Source of the DNA: Lingula anatina
Taxonomy: Eukaryota; Animalia; Brachiopoda
Assembly: GCA_051362555.1 (NCBI GenBank)
Contig: CM120641.1
Location: forward strand, 44,584,401-44,648,400
Direction of reading: 5' to 3'
Length of the DNA stretch: 64,000 nt
Shown: positions 54,207-64,000 of the stretch, piece by piece
Position numbering within the stretch: the stretch's first letter is position 1
How the letters are laid out: every line of letters begins with the position of its first letter
Translations under genes and position numbers: made by a program
Notes under the pieces: generated by a model
Seen by the model: only the letters and a program-made list of their open reading frames with translations
Database searches by the model: none
Told to the model about the DNA's origin: nothing

Positions 54207-55514
54207 ACAAATACGCCTTTATCATTTTTTAATCAACACATGGAGTTGCAATGCCCCCTAGAGGTTTTAAGATTTTTATGTTTGGAGGATACAAGGCATT
54301 ATTTTATCTGGATGCGTAGAGTAGATGTGAAGCACATCTACCACAATTTGGAGGCGTGTAGAACGCGAAAAGTGACTTTTCCTTAAGGTGACTTTTCCAT
54401 AAATTGAATACGGGTCCAACTAGTCCGGGTCTCCCCAATAAACATGCATCAGTATTGATTATCCCATTCAAAAGTCCATAAAGTTTTTGTAAAGACTTAA
54501 GTTCCTTGAAATGTGGGTGGGCAGTTTAAGATACCCTTTAAAATACTCTGTAAGATCCACCTCCATTTACCGCTTTACAAAAACAGAAATAATTGAGTCA
54601 TTTAAGACATTATACTGTGTATTTAGTCTGCTTCATTTGCAAATTTCATTTTTTGAATACTATTTTCACCTCCGTAGCCAGTATATTAAATTTGATTAAT
54701 CATCTGTTTTGTATGAGTCTGATTTCAACTTGTTTGATAGTAAAGAGTGCTGTAGTCAGAGTATAAAATACTCGCTATTTAATTCTTGCAGCAATTCATA
54801 TGTGGACGATAAATCTGGAATCTAAAGCATAATTATTTGATTTATATTTCATAACGCTTTTCAAAAAGATATATTCTTTTCAAATGCCTTTTGTCATTCA
54901 TTTTCCAAATTAGACTATCTTGCAGATTCTTTTATTTCTATTCATTATTAACAATTATAATTAGGTGCACAAGAGATTTTTCAAAATCTAATTTGGGGTG
55001 AGATGTCGAAAGAAAAAGTTACCCCTTTGTGTATACTACCTCAGAGGAATTAGTATTTTTATTGTACATGTAGTATTGTGTTATATGACTTGAGGAAAAA
55101 GAGAAAAATTGCCTTTTTTTTCTTTAAGATCTTAAAGCACTTTTAAAAATAGTAAACAAAAACAGCAATGTGTTGATTCCCCCTCTTTTTAATTTCCAAT
55201 TTCGTAAATAAAAAACTGTAAAAGGCAAAATGTTAAACATGTATTTAAGATATAAGCAAGGGTATGCAAAAGAAAGATGTACTGAAACCTGTGATGAATT
55301 GTCCCGCAAAGTAAAGCTAGCTACCGTTTTAATAATATATATATTCCGTTGCGAAAAGTCACTGTGATCAATGCTTTATACTTTTATCTATGTCATATTT
55401 CATTTTCGATGAAACCCCCAACAATATCAAATAGACCTTCTGATTATAATTGTTTGAATATATATATCTCATTGGTCATTGTCTCATCCGGCGTTAAGGA
55501 AGGTCCAGTTCCAG

Positions 55515-57229
55515 TTATATCAACGTCTTACATATGACATGGTGCAACTCGTCACAAGGTGCCGCTTCTGGTTCCAGCGTGTTCTCCCGGAGCTTAACGC
55601 AACGCTGGTTCGGGGCGTTCTTGCCCAAGCTAGAGGCATCTTCGGTCATCAGTTTACCGCTGTCCGCCCAGGTAAACTTGTCCGCTGTTCCCAAATCGTT
55701 GCCACTTGTCCACCAACCTAAACTCAATAGTAATATATAATTTGTTATATTAATATATCACAAACATACTTTTAATGTAAAGTTAAGAAGGAAATTATAG
55801 TATTGGCATGTAAGAAACTGAATAGTTATATACCGAGGCATTAATGTCATTTACATACAGTTGAGATCATTTTACATTGTATTCTTTTACTGGCTTATAA
55901 TCTTCAGGAATTCATGGAAACCCTTTCAAACATTTACACGTTATGTAAGTGCTGCGCTTGTTTGATGTTGTTGTTTGGAGGAAAGTATGTTTAAAAGGTG
56001 CATTTGTAATTATTAAAATGATAATGTCCACAACAAATAAAATAAGATAAAATGATAAATATAAAGGATAAAGAATAAAGTTCGAGAAAATTCGAAGTTC
56101 TTACATGTATAATTTAGATGTTCCCGAATTCTCTTTCAAATTTAAGACATTACATTGTTTGTCTTATCATATTTTCTTTTTTTTATTTAAAATTTCTACT
56201 TAATTCTTAAAGACACAATTCATCTCTTACTCTTATCATCTCCGGTTTGTGCCCGAATGAACTCCCGTTCCTCTGGAGACGTGACGGACGCCGAGCGTGC
56301 TCCGAAGTTTTCTGCGCAGAATAAGTCAGCATCCGCCCAAGACATCTTGTCGAATTCATGGCCGAATCGATAGCAAGTGCCAAGTGTTTCGTTCATCGTG
56401 AAACAGTCAGGACATCTGTTTTCTGGGAGACACCAAAAGTTGAGTAAGGAAAAATTATAGAATGGGATGGAGCTGGTTAAAAAAAAATTTTAATGTCTTT
56501 TTTTTTCATATCTATGTATATACTCACTTTACCTCACCCCTATTGTTTTGGGAGAAATTGAAATAAGTAAGTGAAAGAAGACAACAGCTCTTATTGAATT
56601 CCATCTCAAACCTGGAGGTAGTTTTGTGTTTGGAGAAAGTCAAATACGTTACTAAATATTCATACGCTTAAAACGACGCACTGTTTGTTACCCACCCACG
56701 CAGCTGTCCCGTAGATCGCTAAGAAGCGTTCTGATCAAAGCCAGGCTGGCGTCGGCCTCGTCCAGTTTTTGGTGATGATCTACAGCCTGCGGGTCTTGCT
56801 CACAGTGGACTTCAACTGGTAAACAAACACACAAAAATAAATTTCAGTACCCACAGATTTGTACGAATCCTATTGCTCGCCACCAACTTCTATTGCCTGA
56901 ATCGCACCTTTTACACTTGTAAAACGGTGTATCAAAATCATATCAATTAAAAATAATTAATTGCTTGATCGATGAAATATAACAAATAAATATAATGGAT
57001 ATGCAGTTAGTGAAAATACATCTACACATACCGTGTCTGCATATTTTCCTGGCAATGGCTGTTTTTAAGCTCATCAAGTGTTCTGCACTTTTTACCAAGA
57101 TGACGTGATCGTCTGTAGGCTCAGACGCTATTTGATATAAGAAATCCCTGGAGTGCGTTGTGAAAATGATTGAAGAAGATTATTAGTTAATGTGTATAAT
57201 GCTACCTCCTTTCATACATGTGCGTGTGA

Positions 57230-57262
<33 letters not shown>

Positions 57263-58752
57263 AGAGAGAGAGAAAGAGATGTTAAATATTATTTTAGTTC
57301 AATGCGCCTATAGGATTAAACCTAAAGTACGTTATTTTGGACATGAAAATCATAAACGAAATAACCATCTCCCTCATTCAAATTTATCAAAATTTGACAA
57401 AATAACCTACGGTCTCAGTTTTTGTCCAATTCCTATGGCGAAGATCATGGTACCACCATTTTTAATGTCGTTGGCATACGGTATTGTGAACTCTTTGTCC
57501 GAGTTTGGCCGTCCGTCAGTAACAACGATTGCGATCTTGTGCACACCAGCGCGCATTCCATTCTGTTCCGTAAATATCTCGTCTTTCAACCTGTACAAAC
57601 ACCCGGACGTGTTCGTTCTATCTCCTCGAACTTCCTTGATCCTCTCCGAGCTCAATATATCGATATCACCAATAATTCCATCCAAGTCTGCGGAAGAATG
57701 GGAAAAGAAAAAAGAAAACATCTAATTTTCGATAATGACATTGATGTATGAAATTCTATGACGCCCTTTTCGGGATCCATGACATAATCCAGCCACTTCC
57801 AAGTTAAATAAGCAGAGTGATGTTTTCAATACATTTTTAGTAGGCCCTAATATCATATTTTCTTTTAAACATTTTGAGATCATTAGAATTATTTAAACCT
57901 TTTTCGTGCTGGAACTTTCTTTTTCCCAGGAGATAAAAAACATTCGTACTTGCTAAATATTTGGTATAAACTCGGACTCATGAGGGGTCTTTTAAGACAT
58001 ATTTGAAAATATAAAATAAGGGGCGGTAATATACAGGCCCTTGTGCATTTAATGCAAGTATGATATACGGTATTTTTTCAGAGAAAGAAACCTACCAAAT
58101 AATGCCCTAATAAATAGCCGAACAGGTTTGTGTGTATGTGTATGCGTGTGTGTCTGCGTGTGTGAGAAGATTAAACATTTGAAAAATTCTAAAGAAGTAT
58201 CCAGTCCTGACAAATAGCTTATAACCCTTTTAACATCAGCAGCATTTATGTACTCATATTTAAACAAATTTGTGTCCATGTAAATGCACAATAAATTTTG
58301 AAAGTACTGTGGTCAATTTTTTCAATTTCATATCTACCGTAATAGCATTGTCAAAATACTCACCGGAGTTATCATTTAGATCAAAAATGGTTGTTGTTTT
58401 GACGCTAAATGTTGCCAGCGCAACCTGTGCCGAGTCTGGTCCTATTTGGTATGCTGTGATGAATTCCTTGATAAAAACAAGTATATCCTTAAATTCTCGA
58501 ACTTTGATGCTCTTTGAGGCGTCTAAACAGAATGCGATTTCGACCCTCGGGGGTGGTATGCAATCTGAAATAAGAAAGAGAAATGCGTTGGGATGCTGCA
58601 TGGTTTCGTATGAATAATTCGTAGTGCGGCTTTGATTAAAAATAAGGGATTAGACAGACAACAAAACAATTATATATGTATCTTTGAACTGATGATTGGT
58701 GTAGTACGAATCATAATAACCAATAACGAATCAAAGTGTCTCGAGATTAAAA

Positions 58753-58808
<56 letters not shown>

Positions 58809-58965
58809 TAAAGAATATTACCACTAGAAAATGAGAAAAAAACTAACCGAAGGATTCCTGTCTTCTGGTCAACTGCTGTAATTCCCCCTCGAACAATGAT
58901 GCTCCGAGAGAAAGCGAAACGACGCCACAAACCAACACGTATGAAACAAGGCAGTGGATCTTCAT
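55515..58965 (-). CDS. VWA - coiled coil - CTLD protein, copy 4 (408 aa; exons 58965-58848, 58564-58364, 57687-57411, 57147-57032, 56815-56696, 56422-56231, 55717-55515)
   Basis: Same exon lengths, open frame, intact splice sites and MIDAS. Confidence 0.92.
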
Positions 58966-61900
58966 CGTTCTGATGTGTGCTATCTACTGCGCGTTCTCCC
59001 CATTTATACTGTTTCTTTCACTTCAGTTGAATAGGTAATGACATAATAACCAATAACATTTATGGAAGAGAATGACAAACGCCCATTCAGATAGCACGCT
59101 GTGGTATGATCACATTAGGATATACAGTAGTTAATTCAAAATTTAAAAGAAGGCTAGCCCAGATTAATGCACAAACTTGATATACTCATCCCATAGACAT
59201 TTTTAAAGAAGATAGAATGAGTTAAATGAACATACATTGTGTGTGAATTTCCTTTTCACTAGGTACATCGTCAAAACAAGGAGTTGTAATTTATATCAAA
59301 TTTTTTTTAATTTAAAATTCGATATGGACTGGAAGCATAAAAATTTGTTATGCGTTTTTCCACCCCTTAATTCCTTGTATTGTCGCCGTTCTATCAAGAG
59401 ATATGATAATAATAATAAAACCCAAAAAGAGCAACGGGCAACTGGCGACCCTTCTAAAACGAAAAACATTTTAAAATACTGTCTTAAAGATTTAAATAAG
59501 TTTTTACTGCCTCAATCCAGGCTAAACTTGTAGTGGTCCCCTCAAGTACGGTATTATCAGTCTAGATATTTACTTAAAAAAAACAAGCTTAATATCTTCA
59601 CATATGTAAACTAATGCAGATTAATCTTGGTTCAAAGAAGATATAGACATACTAAAGGAACGGCTTTTAATGAAACAAAGTGAATTGTATAGGAACTGTC
59701 TTGCCTATAAAGTCTTCTATAATTGTTATTCCAATCTTTTTTTTTTTTTTTTGCTATAATATATTACTAATTATAAGATTGACATTAAAATAAGCCATAA
59801 ATATGACGGCCTTAGAGCGAAAACGTTCTACATGTAAAATCGTAATACCGGAACCGTTGAAGTTCTTTGAATCAGATCAACTCGAACTGAATATTATAAG
59901 AAGTGGTTTTCGCTGTGACAACATGTTTAGTATCCTCGGATGTTCAGTTGTATAATTTACCAAACACTCCAACGCACAATTAATTGTTTCTTCAATTTAA
60001 TGAATACACTCATAGGCTACCAAATTATGCCGCTATAAATATTTAATCTTCAAATTAGAAACAGCTTGTTTAAACGGTAAACATCTCTAAAGTATGCAGT
60101 AATTCTACCCTTATAAGTACGTGACTTTTTTAAATATTAGTGTCTCTAATAAGCAGCGTGCACCCTTCTCGCCAGACAATTACAGAAGTTATCTTGAAAT
60201 TATACAATATTGTCGGTCAGAAAGCCACAAGATATTCGGAATAATTCTTTTTTTTTTTTTTTTTTAGAGAGCCCATACCAGTAGTTCATTTACAATGTCG
60301 ATAATTCATATATAGGTTATGTTACACACTTCTCACTAGATCACAACAGTCTTATAGAACTATACGGAACTTTGCCAAGCTGAGAACCAGAGCTTGAATA
60401 ATTCTTATTCTTGGCGCAGACTCTTGTAAAATAAAAAATATATATATTGCTCCTGAGCGGTTGGAAAATCAAAAGTACACACATAGAAATTACATGATTA
60501 GACCATGGCTTGCATATTTTGTGACCGTTTGTTTTATTGATACGCTTGCTCGGACACGGTGCACAGAACAGGCAAGGACTCTGTTAAGAACTGCGTCAAC
60601 AGCCAAATGTCACAGTCTTAATTCAACCAAATATACATGCATTAAAACAATACGCCTCTCCTTTACATGATATTAGAGAAAACCTTCGTGTACACCTTTT
60701 TCTTCAAAATGGACATTTGTAATGAAATAATATACATTTTACGTGAGGGATACTTTAAAATATATCATAACCGAAGTGTTAATGTCAGCGTTGAATTGAT
60801 TTATGTTGTTTATTTATGTCGATTTGAACGTGATAAGTATTCAAACATAACATGAATGTATTTTAAGACTTAAACAAAAATACGCTCCGGCAGGTGAAAA
60901 AGATTATTGCATCGGTCGACAACTGCGACGCAACGGCGACGACGGCGACAAGGGCAGGCACTTGTAATCAAGATGCAAACGGGCTATAAACAAAGTGTCC
61001 CAAAATTCAATCACGATTAACATTTCATAATTCTAATTTCCCAGAGACAAACTGAGCACCAGCATTCATTAAGCCATACATGTTCTCCTTAATGAATGTT
61101 GTGACGAACGCCTTTCAAACTTATTATTTATGCACCATTAGAAAGTGTTAATTGCGTAGGACATAGACAAAACATACAAGACCCTATGTTTGACTCGCAC
61201 GCAACCCATTGTCGTAAAATACGGTACATTTCACATCTGTTTGATAGTTACATATCTAAAAATCCAATAAAAAAATCTAATAGCATAGATATGCCATCTG
61301 ATTTCTGATATTTTTAAAAACTTTGTTGATTAAAGTAAATCTCGTCACACTTTTTTATCACTTGTAAGTAAATGTAGCTCTCCTGGACCATGCAGGTATC
61401 GGTGGGGCGGGGTGGGGCGAATTATCGGACTTTTGATGGATTTTTCCATTTGTCTCATTTGAGCTTACCATGATCATTCAGATCATGTTAACAATTAACT
61501 TTTTTCATTAAAAAACGTGTTTTTGTTTCTTTTTGATGAATATTGCTTTCTTTTTCTTCAATTTTTTAATCTTTTGTTTATTGATCTGTAGCAGGTCAGG
61601 CGTATTTAAATTAAAATCAGCATAGGCCATACTGAAATCCATGCCTCAGACAATTTAAATTATATTCATTCCATTTCAATTCATTTCTTCGCTGGTACAT
61701 TGGTAATCATCAACTTACACAATATAATATAATATAATTATAATTATACAATTGGTGCATTACCATTCTGAAATTGATGTTTGCATTATCAGTATGTGAA
61801 GTAACACAGATCTCTTCATAATATGGACAGATGTGCAATTTAAGTCACTACTAAAATATTCTAACTTAACGGTGAAACACAGTTTCCGGGCGCGTTTACA

Positions 61901-64000
61901 GGTTTGTCGTTAGCATAAATAATGCAAAATTGTAGGATAATTACAATTTACAAAAATATACTAGGAGTTATAAATTATAGATATTTTCATCACATTCCTA
62001 ATAAAGTCATTTTAGCTATGATAAGAGTTTTAGCTCATTTTCATCATGCCATCGCCAAAGAGTTGAGAAACATATGCTTCTTATCTGATGACTCAAGTAC
62101 AACAGTTTAGGAAAATGGGTGTGATCTTATGTATTAATAAGATAACATATGTTTTGCAGTCCTCCATATACAAGATACAAGAGATCCATAGATTCGTATC
62201 CATAGATTGTATATCTATTCATAATTTATAATTGTATGTGACTAAGTGGCTTAAAATCTGCCTGGATTCCAATCTGGCTTGGAACATATATACCTTAATC
62301 TACAGAAATAATAATTGCAAAATTAACCCTTATTTTGAAAATTAAAAAAAGAAAAGAAAAGAAAATATCCTAATTGGTTCAGAGCCTTTATAAAAAATCA
62401 CTAATGGTCTTCCTTCTGCGTTCGGTATTAATTCCCTTGTTGTCTTTGCAGTTTTTAAATGTCTGTCATTAGGGGCAGTTTCCATCCTACTCACAAACTT
62501 TTTAATTTTTTCCCAAGCAAATGTAGGCTTTTATTTTTTGGGGGTAGTGGTCAATTTTTATGTAGCTTTGAAATTTCAGCTGTATCCCTTTTTCATACCT
62601 TGGACATAATTTTTATGTCAAAGTTCATACGAAGTCATGAACTTATTTTCTTCTTACTACTTTTAAAGTTAACACAACGACGATTTTACAGTGCAATTTA
62701 TTCCCGATATTGTATATTTTACATAAACATAAATATTTATCTTTAAAAGATCTATAAATAGATCTTTATCTTAAGTCTGTGTTGCAAACTTGGCAACGGC
62801 TTTAATGCTCAACAACAGTTTGCTGATTGCTGTAGTTGAGACATCGCAGCACAATTGGCCCTTCTCTGCTTTTCAGCTATGGGAAGAAATACTTCACAGT
62901 ATCAAGCATAGCCATGCTTTCTACAAGAATGAAATAAGTAACACTTAAAGGAAAACAAAGATATACCGTTTCTCTTTCTCCTTAAGTGCAGAACTTAAGA
63001 GTCTGGAACCTTCTTGGGACGAAATTTTACCTCTAAAAAGACTCGGTTGCTGTTAATTTGTTGCTTTTCAAAGTAGCTGCAATCGGCTTAATTTAATCTA
63101 ATTGTCTTCAAAATTACTGAAATTGCTTTACGTGCTAAAAAATTATATTTGTGGATAAACGAAATGAAAATGCAGTCAAGAAATACAAATCGGTTGAATT
63201 TTTTGTGCCAGATTTACTGTACGGAATGGTTTTTGTAGCATTTAAACCAACTATCTCGACTCATGATTATAGAGAAAAATCATTATGCATGCAAATTTGA
63301 AATATTAAAAACAAACTCGATATGCAAATAAGTAGTTTCGCTTAATAAGTTCATCATTCACCAGCCACCGGAAGGACAGAAGTTTTGTCGTGATTGTAGA
63401 TCCCTCATTTTTACATTCTGTTTGCCCTTTAGAATGAGATTAATAAAATGTGCAGTGCACTTAAGATCGCAGGGGATTCCGATGAAAGTTGTTTATGGAA
63501 TAAAATTCAAAATATCTGAGCAAATTATACTGACGATGTTTTCTTCACAAACGATGTACATTTATTAATACTAATTCACCAGACTTTTTAATTTGAAAAT
63601 GTAATATTTAGTCTTGAGGTGCATTCTCATCTGAAATAATAGAGATAACATTCCAATTTCGTTTTGTGAATTTTATCACCGAATGCTACAAAGTTTATAT
63701 AAATGATTTCTAATTTTTAAATTATAATTTAAAAATATCAGAATAATACGTAGATGAACAAAACTGAATAAACAGTGTATAAAAGCGTGTATATCGTTTA
63801 CAGTCTACTGGACGCGAACTGCAAAAGAGACAAGGACATTTTACTTTTTACTGTCTTTTTTTTTTCGATTTCACACGCCTAGTCGCTCTTTTTTCCTTAT
63901 TGAAAGTGACCACTCGTCTGGGCTCTTTTTACTATTTATTCTACTGTACAATACAAAACAAGTAAAAGCTATTAGGAAAATGTTATTTACTTTTGTCAGG

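Larger units (their letters stand above)
53930..60281. repeat. Direct segmental duplication unit B2
   Basis: Colinear with 45555-53913. Confidence 0.88.

Noticed and set aside
57192-57725. Longest ORF in the track (177 aa, +) and similar ORFs at 25689, 38161, 49765, 58270
   Set aside because: Antisense shadows of VWA exons, extended through microsatellites.
60700-64000. Possible gene at the right end
   Set aside because: No recognisable motif or consistent exon chain on either strand; left unannotated.

Overview
AT-rich, intron-rich animal (invertebrate-like) genomic DNA; the species cannot be determined from the window. The ORF track mostly shows exon fragments, so genes were rebuilt by hand from splice sites. 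Left part: a complete 19-exon M13 neprilysin/ECE-like zinc peptidase (+, 766 aa) is the spacer of a >=3.4 kb inverted duplication, and each arm carries an intact ADF/cofilin gene (159 aa). Right part (20.5-60.7 kb): an old, degenerate palindrome centred on one intact TRPT1/Tpt1 gene (-, 219 aa). It is flanked by four intact 7-exon paralogues (two +, two -, all pointing inward) of a secreted 408-aa protein: signal peptide, RR cleavage site, MIDAS VWA domain, heptad coiled-coil neck, non-canonical C-type lectin domain. Each arm was later tandemly duplicated with a breakpoint inside TRPT1, leaving a 3' TRPT1 pseudogene on the left and an orphan TRPT1 exon 1/promoter on the right. Comparing paralogues gives empty/filled sites for several non-autonomous DNA transposons (Harbinger-, hAT- and CMC/EnSpm-like). 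Tc1 and probable Academ transposase remnants are also present. All alignments were done by eye; no database search was run.
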